Shown: piece after piece, positions 1-9,871 of the stretch
Position numbering within the stretch: position 1 is the stretch's first letter
How the letters are laid out: every line of letters begins with the position of its first letter
Assembly (NCBI GenBank): GCA_964588305.1
Contig: CAZPOP010000001.1
Coordinates: forward strand, 56,736 to 120,735
Length of the DNA stretch: 64,000 bases
Direction: 5' to 3'
Source of the DNA: an uncultured Ignavibacteria bacterium
Lineage (GTDB): Bacteria > Zixibacteria > MSB-5A5 > SM1-73
Notes under the pieces: model-generated
What the model saw: the letters and a program-made list of their open reading frames with translations, nothing else
The model's database searches: none
What the model was told of the DNA's origin: nothing
Translations under genes and position numbers: made by a program

Positions 1-1
1 G

Positions 2-241
2 AAGAATGTGACCTGTATCGTTGCTGGCGGAATGGGAAGACGAGCCGAAGCCCTCTTTGCCGAGAATGGTATCCAGACAATCGTAGGAATCTCCGATCGA
101 GTGGACAAGGTGATAGAGAAGCTGATTTCCGGGACACTTGAAGGGGGAGAAACTCTGTGTAGCCCGGGATCAGGAAGAGGCTATGGTATGGAAAAAAGCG
201 AGTGCGATCATCCGGAAGGCCACAATCACGAGTCCTCGTAA
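2..241 (+). CDS. Dinitrogenase FeMo-cofactor-binding (NifX/NifB-C-like, COG1433-type) domain protein, 5-prime truncated by window edge
   Basis: ORF 8..241 is open back to position 2. MTCIVAGGMGRRAEALFAENGIQTIVG...VIEKL matches the conserved core of the Nitro_FeMo-Co family. Confidence 0.6.
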   Translation, partial: KNVTCIVAGGMGRRAEALFAENGIQTIVGISDRVDKVIEKLISGTLEGGETLCSPGSGRGYGMEKSECDHPEGHNHESS

Positions 242-370
242 GAGGTTTTGACTCATCATTTTCTAAAAAGAAACGGGCTTTTTCATTCATTTGTAAAGGC
301 TCTGGATATGATAAGGATGCGAAAACTACATGGCGGAAACAGAGGTTGGCCTGCATGGAGTCGGGAAGGC

Positions 371-739
371 ATGATTCCGGATCGTCGCCGGCCATTACTT
401 GATTTCTCCCCATCAGGAGGAGAGGATGAACTGGGTGTTTTGAGAAGCCGAGTCCACGTTCTTCGTCAAAGGTTAGAGAGAATCAAACAGAAGATCGGCG
501 AGCCCAGGCCGATCAGAAGTCAAAAGGTTTCGGCAATTGTGGATGAAGAGGAATGCGCAGGCTGTGGGTTATGTTATGAGGTGTGTCCGACCGGAGCGAT
601 TTCCGTTAATGGAATTGCCCAAATCGATAGCAGCAAATGTATAGCTTGCCTGGCCTGTGTGAACCGATGTCCTCAAGGAGCGATAGCTGTTAAGTACAGC
701 AATAGAGAAGGGAATTCTCTCTCCACCTTCGGAAGGTAG
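371..739 (+). CDS. 4Fe-4S dicluster ferredoxin-domain protein with N-terminal helical extension
   Basis: Two CxxCxxCxxxCP motifs ([24 protein letters not shown]). ATG 371 is preceded by GGGAAGG. The longest ORF begins at TTG 248, with alternative ATG at 308. Confidence 0.6.
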   Translation: MIPDRRRPLLDFSPSGGEDELGVLRSRVHVLRQRLERIKQKIGEPRPIRSQKVSAIVDEEECAGCGLCYEVCPTGAISVNGIAQIDSSKCIACLACVNRCPQGAIAVKYSNREGNSLSTFGR

Positions 740-937
740 CCAAGGAAAAAAACTGGAATAATCATATAATTCAAAAGAACATTGTTGACTTTGTGAGAAA
801 TCGCCCGTTTGGGCTGACAGGAAGCCAAGATAGGTAGCTAACAATCTGCCTGGTGATGAAAATGCGAGGAAGGTTTGCTATTGAGATTGAATGAGTGCAC
901 TAAGCAGAATTCCAACTTTTTTAAACGGAGGTGAAAG

Positions 938-1180
938 ATGCCGAGAGGTGATGGAACAGGACCGACGGGTCAAGGACCCGGAACAGGAAGAGGTATGGGT
1001 GGGGGAGGTGGCATGGGCAAAGGAGGAGGTCGAGGCCGAATGGGCGGCAACCGTCCCGGAGCTGGGCCAAGCGGCAACTGTATATGCCCTTCTTGCGGAG
1101 CCAAGACCCCACACCAAGTGGGAGTCCCTTGTTATGATGCAGCTTGCCCCAAATGCGGCGCCAAAATGACCAGAGAGTAG
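938..1180 (+). CDS. Gly-rich small protein with C-terminal CxxC...CxxC (DUF5320-like)
   Basis: RBS GGAGGTG is 6 nt before ATG 938. The N-terminus is a G-rich low-complexity stretch (GTGRGMGGGGGMGKGGGRGRMGG). The C-terminus is CPSCGAK...CPKCGAK. Confidence 0.55.
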   Translation: MPRGDGTGPTGQGPGTGRGMGGGGGMGKGGGRGRMGGNRPGAGPSGNCICPSCGAKTPHQVGVPCYDAACPKCGAKMTRE

Positions 1181-1261
1181 AGGCAGGAAGCGACAGATAC
1201 GCGGTGAGAGCAAAGCGGAGAACTGTGGCTTTGTGATTTTCGCAGACTATGGTGGAGGACC

Positions 1262-1510
1262 ATGCCAATATACGAATATCGATGTGAAGACTGTGGTAAT
1301 GTCTCAGAAATCCTCCAGAGGGGACTGAAGGAAGAAGAACCGCCCGTATGTGCAAACTGCGGTTCAACCAAACTCCGGAGATTGATCTCCTCTCCTGCCT
1401 CGATAATAATGGGAAACTCTTCTCCCAAGGGTACCACCTGCTGTGGGCGAGAAGAACGATGTGATACCCCCCCATGTTCTACCGATGGCACCTGCAGTAG
1501 AGACGGGTAG
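1262..1510 (+). CDS. FmdB-family zinc-ribbon protein
   Basis: MPIYEYRCEDCG...CANCGS is the characteristic CxxC_CxxC_SSSS-type ribbon. Confidence 0.75.
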   Translation: MPIYEYRCEDCGNVSEILQRGLKEEEPPVCANCGSTKLRRLISSPASIIMGNSSPKGTTCCGREERCDTPPCSTDGTCSRDG

Positions 1511-1764
1511 CTTCTTAGCTCACCTGAGGAATCTGTCAAAAAAGCCCAACTTCGGGGCAGGATGAATTCCCGCCCCCATGGGCAACAACGGCTCATCACC
1601 TATGTGCGGGGATTCACCCCGAAGGACACTTTCGCCCTGCCGATGAAGCTTTTGAACAGTGCCTGAAGTTGAACGCTCCGCTCATGCTTCGTGAACAGAT
1701 TCGTCCAAGGAAGACCCAAGAACATTTCGGTTTGGGCGAAAGTCAACAGAAAGGTGGATGCCCA

Positions 1765-2613
1765 ATGATCATCTCAGTCGCCAGCGGCAAGGGGGGAACC
1801 GGAAAGACAACCATAGCTACCAGTCTGGCTCTTTTTCTGTCGGAAGAAGGGTGGAAAAAGATGCAATTCCTCGATTGCGACGTAGAAGAGCCGAACGCCC
1901 ACATTTTCTTGAAGCCCCAAATTGACAGAAGCGAGCCGGTAAATCTCCTCATCCCTAAAGTGGACGAGGGAAAATGCACTTACTGCGGCGAATGCGCCAG
2001 GGTCTGTGCATACAATGCGATAGTCGTATTGAAAAGGGAGGCTTTGGTATTTCCCGAGCTCTGTCACGGGTGTGGTGGATGCAGTCTCCTTTGTCCGGAG
2101 AGCGCGATTAGCGAAGAGAAAAGAGGGATAGGGGTGGTAGAAGAGGGCCGAGTGGGATCTATCAGATTTGTGCAGGGGCGGCTGAACATCGGTGAACCTA
2201 TGGCCACTCCTTTGATAAGGTCTCTGAAGAGGAAAATCAACCCAGAGGGGATCACCATTATCGACGTTCCGCCCGGAACCTCCTGTCCGGTAATTGAAGC
2301 CGTCCACAAAAGTGATTTCTGCATCCTGGTAACTGAGCCGACTCCTTTTGGGCTGAATGATCTCAAGTTGGCAGTTGAAACGATGAAAAAGCTCAAGATC
2401 GATCATGGAGTGGTCATCAACCGGGCAAACATAGGTGATGACAAGGTGAAAGAATACTGTAACAAAGAATCCGTCCCGATTATAGCAGAGATTCCTTATG
2501 ATCGAAATGTTGCTGTTCTTTATTCCTCAGGTATCCCTATGCTGATTGAAGGTGAGAAGTATAGAAAAATTTTCGGTCAGTTATGGGCGTCAATTAAGAA
2601 GAGAGTTAAATAG
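1765..2613 (+). CDS. MinD/ParA-superfamily P-loop ATPase with 4Fe-4S ferredoxin insert (COG1149-like)
   Basis: Walker A GKGGTGKTT is followed by two Cys clusters (CTYCGECARVC, CHGCGGCSLLCP). RBS AAGGTGG is 7 nt before ATG 1765. The longer ORF from 1669 is an unlikely start. Confidence 0.8.
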   Translation: MIISVASGKGGTGKTTIATSLALFLSEEGWKKMQFLDCDVEEPNAHIFLKPQIDRSEPVNLLIPKVDEGKCTYCGECARVCAYNAIVVLKREALVFPELCHGCGGCSLLCPESAISEEKRGIGVVEEGRVGSIRFVQGRLNIGEPMATPLIRSLKRKINPEGITIIDVPPGTSCPVIEAVHKSDFCILVTEPTPFGLNDLKLAVETMKKLKIDHGVVINRANIGDDKVKEYCNKESVPIIAEIPYDRNVAVLYSSGIPMLIEGEKYRKIFGQLWASIKKRVK

Positions 2614-3504
2614 ATGAAACAGTTGACCGTGATAAGTGGGAAGGGGGGGACTGGAAAGACAGTCATCACAGCGTCGTTTGCTTCCCTGGCTGAAAAGAAA
2701 GTGATGGCTGACTGTGATGTGGATGCTGCCGATCTTCATCTTTTGCTTCATCCCAAGATAAGAAAGACCTGCGAATTTAGGGGAGGAAAGAAGGCCGTAT
2801 TGAACCAACAACTGTGCACGAATTGCGGCAGGTGTATAGAGGTGTGCCGGTTCGATGCAATCAGCGAGAACGAAAGACGCAGCCCAGAAGAAAGCCGAAC
2901 AACAATCGATCCTATCTCCTGTGAAGGTTGTGGCGTTTGTGCCCTGATCTGCCCGGTTCAAGCCATCCAAATGCAGGAGAGCCTTTCTGGAGAGTGGTAT
3001 ATTTCGGAGACAGAATACGGCCCCATGGTCCACGCCAGATTGGGAATTGCAGAGGAGAACTCCGGTAAACTGGTGACCGTGGTAAGACATAATGCCAGAC
3101 TTATTGCCCAGGAGAAAGACTTAGATCTGGTGATCGTAGATGGTCCGCCAGGTATCGGCTGTCCGGTGATTGCCTCCATAACCGGAGTGGATCTGGTGAT
3201 GGCGGTTACCGAACCCACCATCTCGGCGATTTCCGACTTAGAACGGGTGTTGAGTCTTGCCCGTCATTTCAAAATAGAGCCTGTGGTGTTAATCAACAAA
3301 TATGATATAAATTTAGAAAACACCAAAAGGATAGAAAACTTCTGCGAAAGAGATGGCATCGAGATTGTGGGGAAGCTCCCCCTCGATAGTGCCGTGACTC
3401 AGGCTATGGTGCAGGGTAAGACAATTATTGAATATGGTGCTTCTGGTCTGGTTACAGAAATCGAAGACTCGTGGGAAAGGATTTCTACAAAATTGAAAAA
3501 ATGA
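2614..3504 (+). CDS. MinD/ParA-superfamily P-loop ATPase with 4Fe-4S ferredoxin insert, second paralog
   Basis: GKGGTGKTV Walker A, then CTNCGRCIEVC and CEGCGVCALICP. The start ATG abuts the stop of the upstream paralog. Confidence 0.8.
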   Translation: MKQLTVISGKGGTGKTVITASFASLAEKKVMADCDVDAADLHLLLHPKIRKTCEFRGGKKAVLNQQLCTNCGRCIEVCRFDAISENERRSPEESRTTIDPISCEGCGVCALICPVQAIQMQESLSGEWYISETEYGPMVHARLGIAEENSGKLVTVVRHNARLIAQEKDLDLVIVDGPPGIGCPVIASITGVDLVMAVTEPTISAISDLERVLSLARHFKIEPVVLINKYDINLENTKRIENFCERDGIEIVGKLPLDSAVTQAMVQGKTIIEYGASGLVTEIEDSWERISTKLKK

Positions 3505-3559
3505 ATTCTCTAACCTCTTGTAGATTTATCAATCCCTAACAAGGGGTGTACATATCAGG

Positions 3560-4315
3560 ATGGAAGGGTTGTATTTTTTGGCTCCCGTGATTTTCTTTGT
3601 TATTTCCTTTGTCTTCTCTATGTTAGGAATGGGAGGGAGTCAGCTTTACGTTCCAATCCTCTATTGGTTGGGAATGGATTTTAAAAGCCAAGCCATACCC
3701 CTGGGACTTTTACTAAATTTATGTGTTCAATTGTCTGCCTTTACCACGTATTCAAGAAAAAGACTGGTGAAGCCCCAGATCGCCTTACCTTTCGCCTTGA
3801 TGATGGTTATCTTTGCCCCATTAGGAGCGATGCTTAACTTTGGGTTGCCGGCTAAACCTATAATATTTCTATTTGCAGTATTTACGCTTTTAGCCGCCAT
3901 TTTGGTTTTGTCCGGCTGGAAGCCTGAAAAAGGAAAATGGAGCAAAAATAGGGAGATGACAATAACTTTGGTCATTGGCTGTGTTCTGGGATTTCTGGTG
4001 GGGCTTATTGGCCGGGGCGGAGGGTCTTTTGTCGTCCCTACACTTCTTATTTTGGGTCTTGATCCTAAAAATGCTGCTGGAACTTCTACCCTCATCGTCA
4101 GCTTTTCATCGGCTACAGGCTTTGTGGCACATTTGCTCAAAGCCAGACTGGATTTCTGGGTAACTTTCCTAACAATTATCTGTGTGATTTCAGGGTCCCA
4201 GATCGGCTCTGGTTTGATGGCTACTAGATTGAAATCACAAACTATAAAAAAGGTTTTTGGAATCGTTTTGATTTTTGTTGCAACCCTACTTTTGAAGGAT
4301 GTGTTTTTGAAGTGA
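3560..4315 (+). CDS. TauE/SafE (TSUP) family membrane permease
   Basis: Polytopic membrane protein with duplicated halves and G-rich motifs (GMGGS.., GRGGGSF) typical of DUF81/TSUP. Confidence 0.65.
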   Translation: MEGLYFLAPVIFFVISFVFSMLGMGGSQLYVPILYWLGMDFKSQAIPLGLLLNLCVQLSAFTTYSRKRLVKPQIALPFALMMVIFAPLGAMLNFGLPAKPIIFLFAVFTLLAAILVLSGWKPEKGKWSKNREMTITLVIGCVLGFLVGLIGRGGGSFVVPTLLILGLDPKNAAGTSTLIVSFSSATGFVAHLLKARLDFWVTFLTIICVISGSQIGSGLMATRLKSQTIKKVFGIVLIFVATLLLKDVFLK

Positions 4316-5247
4316 AAACCATAGTCTATGGACCGGTTCCCTCCCGAAGATTGGGGATTTCTCTGGGAGTGGACATCGTTCCTTACAAGATCTGCAGCTA
4401 TGACTGCATTTACTGCCAGTTGGGGAAGACCACAAATCAAACCACCCAGAGGGGATCCTTTATTCCAGTCGACTCCGTGATAAAGGAGATAAAGGAAGTG
4501 ATAGATCAAAACAGCGACATTGACTACATAACCTTTTCCGGATCAGGTGAGCCAACTTTGAACAAAGACATTGGCCGGATGATAGAAAAGGTAAGGAGAA
4601 TTACCCCCATTCCGGTCGCTGTTCTGACCAATGGATCTTTGCTGTGGGACCGTGAGGTCAGAGAGGATCTGGGCGAGGCGGATCTGGTTGTCCCTTCGTT
4701 GGATGCCGTTTCAGAGAAGGTCTTTCGAAAAGTCAACCGTCCGGTTGCGGGTTTGGGAATTGAAAAGGTTCTACGTGGATTGAAAACCTTTTGCGCGCAG
4801 TTCAAGGGAAAGATCTATTTAGAGATCATGCTGGTCAAAACCGCCAATGACTCTGAAGAGGAAATCGGGGAGATCAATCGATTCGTTAAGAACCTCAGGA
4901 TCGATGAGATTCAGCTTAACACGGTGGTCCGCCCTCCAGGTGATCCAGATGCAAGGCCGCTGAACCAAGAGGAACTGAACGAAGTCAGAAGTTTGTTCGA
5001 TCCGAAGCTCAAAGTGGAAGTGATCGCCAATTTCAAGAGGGAAACAAGCAAGGCTTACCACAAGGATCTGGAGCAGGCAATAATTGAGCTCGTAAGAAGG
5101 AGGCCCACGAAGAAAGAGGAGATGGCCGTTTCCTTAGGAGTCCATCCTAATGAGATTGCCAAGTATTTGCAGGTTTTGGAGGATAATAGAACAATCAAAA
5201 GATCATGGGGCAAGGAGAAGTCGACCGTTTATTTTGTAATCGCTTAA
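4312..5247 (+). CDS. Radical SAM protein (COG0731-like) with C-terminal winged-helix-like region
   Basis: CSYDCIYC is a Cx3Cx2C motif after GPVPSRRLGISLGVD. The GTG start overlaps the TGA of the upstream gene by 4 nt. Confidence 0.7.
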   Translation: MKTIVYGPVPSRRLGISLGVDIVPYKICSYDCIYCQLGKTTNQTTQRGSFIPVDSVIKEIKEVIDQNSDIDYITFSGSGEPTLNKDIGRMIEKVRRITPIPVAVLTNGSLLWDREVREDLGEADLVVPSLDAVSEKVFRKVNRPVAGLGIEKVLRGLKTFCAQFKGKIYLEIMLVKTANDSEEEIGEINRFVKNLRIDEIQLNTVVRPPGDPDARPLNQEELNEVRSLFDPKLKVEVIANFKRETSKAYHKDLEQAIIELVRRRPTKKEEMAVSLGVHPNEIAKYLQVLEDNRTIKRSWGKEKSTVYFVIA

Positions 5248-5259
5248 CGGAGGAAGGCG

Positions 5260-6147
5260 ATGAAAACCTATTTAGATTGTGTCCCTTGCATAATTGAACA
5301 GACAATTAAAGCTGCCAGAGATTTGACCCAAGATTTGGAAAAACAGGAAAGCCTGTTACAGAAGGTATTGGAGATCCTCAGCAACATCTCCTACAACCAG
5401 TCTCCACCTTATCTGGGGAGAGAGGCACATCGGGTGATCCGCTCCATTCTGAATAATCCCGATCCTTATTCAAAACTGAAAAGACGGTTCAACCAGGTGG
5501 GGAAAGAGCTCTTTCCTTCCTTGCAGGAGCGGGTCAATGATTCGAAAGACCCGTTCGCCCAAGCAGTGAAGCTGGCCATTGCCGGTAACATCATCGATTT
5601 TGGTCCCCCGCATCACTTCGAGTTGAGAGAAACCATTGACAAAGCTTTGAAGGCGAAGCCTGCCATTGACCATACCGAGAGTTTAAGAGAAGACATAGAG
5701 TCAGCCTCGACCATCCTCTATCTGGGAGACAATGCTGGGGAGACCTTCTTTGACAGGATACTGATCGAACAAATGCCGGCCAAGGAGATTTACTTTGGGG
5801 TGAGGGGCAGTCCGGTGATAAACGATGCCACCTCGGAGGATGCCTACTGGGCGGGATTAGACAAAAGGACCAAGATCATCTCCAATGGCTCGGATGCCCC
5901 AGGAACCATACTTGAAGATTGTTCTAATGAATTCCAGGACCTCTTTGCCAGATCCGATCTGGTGATCGCCAAGGGACACGGAAACTACGAAACCTTAAGT
6001 GAGGTGCAGGGGAAAAGACTCTATTTCCTTCTCATGGTGAAGTGCGAAACCATAGCCAAGGATATTGGCTGTTCGGTCGGGGAATTCGTGGTCAAGAAAA
6101 CAGAGAGCGTCTTGGAGCCAAAGGCGCAGGCGCTTGGGAAAAAATGA
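5260..6147 (+). CDS. DUF89 / ARMT1-like (damage-control phosphatase family) protein
   Basis: The N-terminus MKTYLDCVPCIIEQ and overall size are typical of DUF89. RBS GGAGGAAGG is upstream. Confidence 0.6.
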   Translation: MKTYLDCVPCIIEQTIKAARDLTQDLEKQESLLQKVLEILSNISYNQSPPYLGREAHRVIRSILNNPDPYSKLKRRFNQVGKELFPSLQERVNDSKDPFAQAVKLAIAGNIIDFGPPHHFELRETIDKALKAKPAIDHTESLREDIESASTILYLGDNAGETFFDRILIEQMPAKEIYFGVRGSPVINDATSEDAYWAGLDKRTKIISNGSDAPGTILEDCSNEFQDLFARSDLVIAKGHGNYETLSEVQGKRLYFLLMVKCETIAKDIGCSVGEFVVKKTESVLEPKAQALGKK

Positions 6148-6395
6148 GACCTGACTTTTGGCCGAAGCCGTGCCGTATCGGGGGAATATTGGCAAAGGAC
6201 GTCCCATCTCTCCAGGCAAGGGTCGAGGGTTAGGGTACTCGCAACCAACTGTTCATTCAGAATCCGAGGCAAGGACCTTATTCTATTGCCCGACTTTGTC
6301 GGGTCACTCAGAGGCACTTCCCTTTTTGGAATTTACACACAACTCGAAGTAAATCCACACAGACGATAACCTCCAAACAAAGCCAAGAAAACCTA

Positions 6396-6424
6396 TTGAC
6401 TTTCGTAAGAGAATAAGATAAGAT
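6396..6424 (+). promoter_or_regulatory. Candidate sigma70-like promoter upstream of the YdiJ-like oxidoreductase
   Basis: TTGACT, then 17 nt, then TAAGAT, about 95 nt upstream of ATG 6519. Confidence 0.3.
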
Positions 6425-6518
6425 TGGAATAGGGAAAACCAATTTATCTTGGAGTCGGACAGAAACACGAATGTCATTAAGGAAGTTTCTTCGATAATCT
6501 TTTACAAGAGAATATAAT

Positions 6519-9500
6519 ATGGCAGGAAAAATGAATCCGGGGCGGCAATCATGGCTGCGAGAGAAATTTGGCAGCCGGGTGAGCTTCAACCGGATCGAGC
6601 GCAAACTGTACGGTCACGACATCGCTGCCATGCCCAGTTTGTTCAAACCGATTATAGGGAACACAATACCGGAGGCGGTGGTTCAGCCGGAGACGGAGCA
6701 CGAGGTCGTCGAGCTGGTACGTTGGGCGGTCACAAACAACATTGCACTGACTCCCCGGGCCAAAGCATCATCCGGCTATGGTGGAGTGATCCCGGTCAAG
6801 CAGGGATTGGTTGTTGACTTTTACCGAATGAAAAAGATTCTGCGCGTCGATGCTGAGGCTCAGACTGCGACGGTTGAAGCGGGAGTGGTTTGGGAGGCCC
6901 TGGACAGGGAACTGGCCAAGCACGGCTTAACTTTGCGGCTCTATCCCAGCAGCTATCCGTCGTCCACTGCCGGCGGCTGGCTGGCTCAGGGCGGTGCCGG
7001 GTTCGGTTCTTACGAGGCTGGTTGGTACCGCGACAACGTGCTGAGCGTCAGGGTGGTGTTGCCCTCCGGGGAGGTGCGCGCGTTTGCCGGCGATGAGTTG
7101 GACCTCATCGCTGACGCGGAAGGCATAACGGGTCTTATCACCGAGGTCACCCTCAAGGTTCAGCCGCTTGAAGAACTTGATGTAGTGAGCATCGGCTGCC
7201 CCAATCCGCATGACCTGCAGCGTCTGATAGAGTCGATCCTCGGCTCGAATTTGCCTATCTGGTCGCTGGTCTTCATCAATCCCAGAATGGCTGAGCTCAA
7301 GAACCGGGCACCTTTGATGGAGCATTACGGGCACCCGGTCGAGGAGCGCGTGCTGCTGCCCGCCGCATACATCATAACTTTAGCTTACCGCAAAAAAGAC
7401 CGCGGATCAGTCACGGACAAGCTGCCAAAACTTCTGAAGCAGTGCGAGGCAGAAATCCTGAGCGAGCGCATAGCTGAGCATGAATGGAAGAACCGGTTCA
7501 AGCTCATGATCGTAAAGCGGCTTGGGCCTTCGTTGGTGCCGGCTGAAGTCGTTATCCCGCTTTCTAACTTGGGAAAGGTGATGACCGAGATCGAGGCCGA
7601 GATTAACCAGCCTTTGGTCAAAGAGGGTTTGGTTATCCGGCAGGGTGCGGGCGGTAAGCCGGAGGTCATCATCCTGGGTTTCATCCCCAGTGACGAGCGC
7701 AAGTTCAGCTACAACTTCGTCTTTGCTTTGGCATTGACTTTGATGAAGATCGCGGAGAAGCACGGTGGTCGACCATACGCAACGGGCATGTATTTCGGAA
7801 GTCAGGCTGACGTTATCTTGGGTAAAGAGAGAGTACAAAAGCTGCGCGCCTTCAAGTCGCAGATCGATCCCAAAGGTATCATGAATCCGGGCAAGGTTAT
7901 TGGCAGAGGGTTGGTTGGCACAACGCTGAGCTTGGCCCGCGCGTTCGAGCCGCTGGTTCGCCCCTTTGGCAATCATGTCATAGCCCAGGTGGGCGAGCGT
8001 CCGACTAAGCCCGTAAGAGGCATTCCGGCGGACGTGGCCTGGTACGCATATGGCTGTTCTCAGTGCGGCTACTGCATCGACGAGTGCGACCAGTTCTACG
8101 GCCGAGGCTGGGAAAGCCAGAGCCCCCGAGGAAAGTGGTACTGGCTTCGGGAGTACATGGAAGGTCGCGAGGAGTGGACCCAGTTCATGGTGGATACCTT
8201 CTTAGTCTGCACTACCTGTGAGTTGTGCAACCTGCGCTGCTCGGCAGTCTTGCCTATTGAGCCGTCGTGGATGAAGCTGCGGGGCAAGCTTATTCATGAA
8301 GACAAGAGAATGACTTTCCCGCCTTTTGAGATAATGGCAGCCGCTCTGCGGGCCGAGGGCGACATCTGGGCCGGTTATCGCAAAGACCGGTCGAATTGGT
8401 TTCCCCCGGACCTTTTGGCAAAGCATGGGCCGGGTCGGAGGTCTAAGAATGTCTACTTTGCTGGCTGCACGGCAAGCTACGTGGAAAAGGACATAGCCAT
8501 GGCCAGCGTACGCTTGCTGGACGAGGCGGGCGTGGATTTCACCTATGTGGGCGAAAAGGAAAACTGCTGCTCCACCCCCATGTTGGTGGCCGGAAAATGG
8601 GACGTATTCCTTGAGACCATGAACAAGAATCTACAGGCAGTCAAGGAGACCGGAGCGGACACGGTGATCTGCTCCTGTCCTGCCTGCGACATGATGTGGC
8701 GCCAGGTGTATCCGAGATGGGCCGAGAAGCTTGGCATTGAGTATGGGATTACCGCCAGGCACTACAGCGAGATCCTATCAGAGAAGATCAAGGCCGGCCA
8801 GTTCAAGTTCCCTCCCAACGACAAGCAACCAGTGACGGTTTCCTGGCATGACTCGTGCCACATAGGTCGGGTTTCTGGAGTGTATGAGCCCCCGCGAGAC
8901 CTGATCAAGGCTATCCCCAACGTGAACTTGGTCGAGATGAGTCACAACCGGGAGGATGCACACTGCTGCGGCTCGGTTCTAACTTTAATTAAGGAGCCGG
9001 CAGTGGCTTATGAGATTGGTCGGACCCGTCTGGAAGAGGCGATTGAAGCCGGGGCAGAAAAAGTTTTGGCCCTGTGCCCTTGCTGTGAATTTCAGTTCCG
9101 GGTGGCCGCAGAAAAGAAGAAAGTCCCGGTAGAGATCGTGGATTTAGCCCGTTTCGCCTCATCGGCACTGGGCTACGAATTCCCCGATCCGCATCCGGAA
9201 GTGGAAGCCCAGTGGGCAGTCTTCGATGCGATGATCGCCCTGATGACGCCGGAAGGCTTCGCTGAGCTGATGAAAACCATGTGGCCGGAGCTTATCAGAG
9301 CCATGCCCTTCAAGATGGGGACAATGATGCGCGTCATGGGGAAGATTCCCGGTGCGCCGAATTTGATGAAGCCGTTGTTCCCTATCCTCTTCCCCAGGCT
9401 CTTGCCAAAGATGATGCCAAAAGTCATGGCGGTGATGCTAAAACGAGTAGGTGAGCGCATCCCCATGCCCGACTACATGGCCGAACAGATGCCGGAGCTG

Positions 9501-9599
9501 ATGCCGAAAGTTATGGACAACCTCATGCCTCACATGATTGGTGATGTGGTTCCCTTAGTAACACAGCCGATGATCGATCACCTAAGAGGAAAGAATTAA
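6519..9599 (+). CDS. FAD-linked oxidase (GlcD-like) fused to 4Fe-4S and two CCG (GlcF/heterodisulfide-reductase-like) domains; YdiJ-like oxidoreductase
   Basis: The N-terminus is an FAD_binding_4/oxidase region. Central region has Cx2Cx2Cx3C clusters (CSQCGYCIDEC, CTTCELCNLRC). The C-terminus has two CCG-type Cys motifs (CCSTP...CPAC, CCGS...CPCC). Total length is 1026 aa. Confidence 0.8.
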   Translation: MAGKMNPGRQSWLREKFGSRVSFNRIERKLYGHDIAAMPSLFKPIIGNTIPEAVVQPETEHEVVELVRWAVTNNIALTPRAKASSGYGGVIPVKQGLVVDFYRMKKILRVDAEAQTATVEAGVVWEALDRELAKHGLTLRLYPSSYPSSTAGGWLAQGGAGFGSYEAGWYRDNVLSVRVVLPSGEVRAFAGDELDLIADAEGITGLITEVTLKVQPLEELDVVSIGCPNPHDLQRLIESILGSNLPIWSLVFINPRMAELKNRAPLMEHYGHPVEERVLLPAAYIITLAYRKKDRGSVTDKLPKLLKQCEAEILSERIAEHEWKNRFKLMIVKRLGPSLVPAEVVIPLSNLGKVMTEIEAEINQPLVKEGLVIRQGAGGKPEVIILGFIPSDERKFSYNFVFALALTLMKIAEKHGGRPYATGMYFGSQADVILGKERVQKLRAFKSQIDPKGIMNPGKVIGRGLVGTTLSLARAFEPLVRPFGNHVIAQVGERPTKPVRGIPADVAWYAYGCSQCGYCIDECDQFYGRGWESQSPRGKWYWLREYMEGREEWTQFMVDTFLVCTTCELCNLRCSAVLPIEPSWMKLRGKLIHEDKRMTFPPFEIMAAALRAEGDIWAGYRKDRSNWFPPDLLAKHGPGRRSKNVYFAGCTASYVEKDIAMASVRLLDEAGVDFTYVGEKENCCSTPMLVAGKWDVFLETMNKNLQAVKETGADTVICSCPACDMMWRQVYPRWAEKLGIEYGITARHYSEILSEKIKAGQFKFPPNDKQPVTVSWHDSCHIGRVSGVYEPPRDLIKAIPNVNLVEMSHNREDAHCCGSVLTLIKEPAVAYEIGRTRLEEAIEAGAEKVLALCPCCEFQFRVAAEKKKVPVEIVDLARFASSALGYEFPDPHPEVEAQWAVFDAMIALMTPEGFAELMKTMWPELIRAMPFKMGTMMRVMGKIPGAPNLMKPLFPILFPRLLPKMMPKVMAVMLKRVGERIPMPDYMAEQMPELMPKVMDNLMPHMIGDVVPLVTQPMIDHLRGKN

Positions 9600-9871
9600 A
9601 CGCGCCCGATATTTGGCGGGAGATTTCGGCCTTCCTCTCTGGCTGGGAACCACGACTGTAATCGCTTCCTCTCGGAACAAGTCTTCGCTTTAGATGGTTC
9701 AATGTTAGCGGTTGCCGAAGGTAAATGGCCTTGACACTTCTTTGTGGATTTTTCATGAGGAATGCCGTGGGCATGATTTCTCGAAAATGAGTCCTTGATG
9801 CCGATATATCAAATGAAGAATCTCTTTTCAGAAATCCCTGGGGAGATTTCTTAATCACCAAAGGTCAACAT

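Noticed and set aside
3727-4509. 260-aa minus-strand ORF
   Set aside because: Antisense to the TauE permease and radical SAM genes, with no recognisable domain. Shadow ORF.
9600-9871. Possible SAM (S-box) or cobalamin riboswitch upstream of the MetE-like genes
   Set aside because: I looked for SAM-I features (UCUUAUCAAGAG, GGUGGAGGGA, CGGCAACC in the right order) and B12-box GCCACTG. None were found on the coding strand. A covariance-model scan is needed to be sure.
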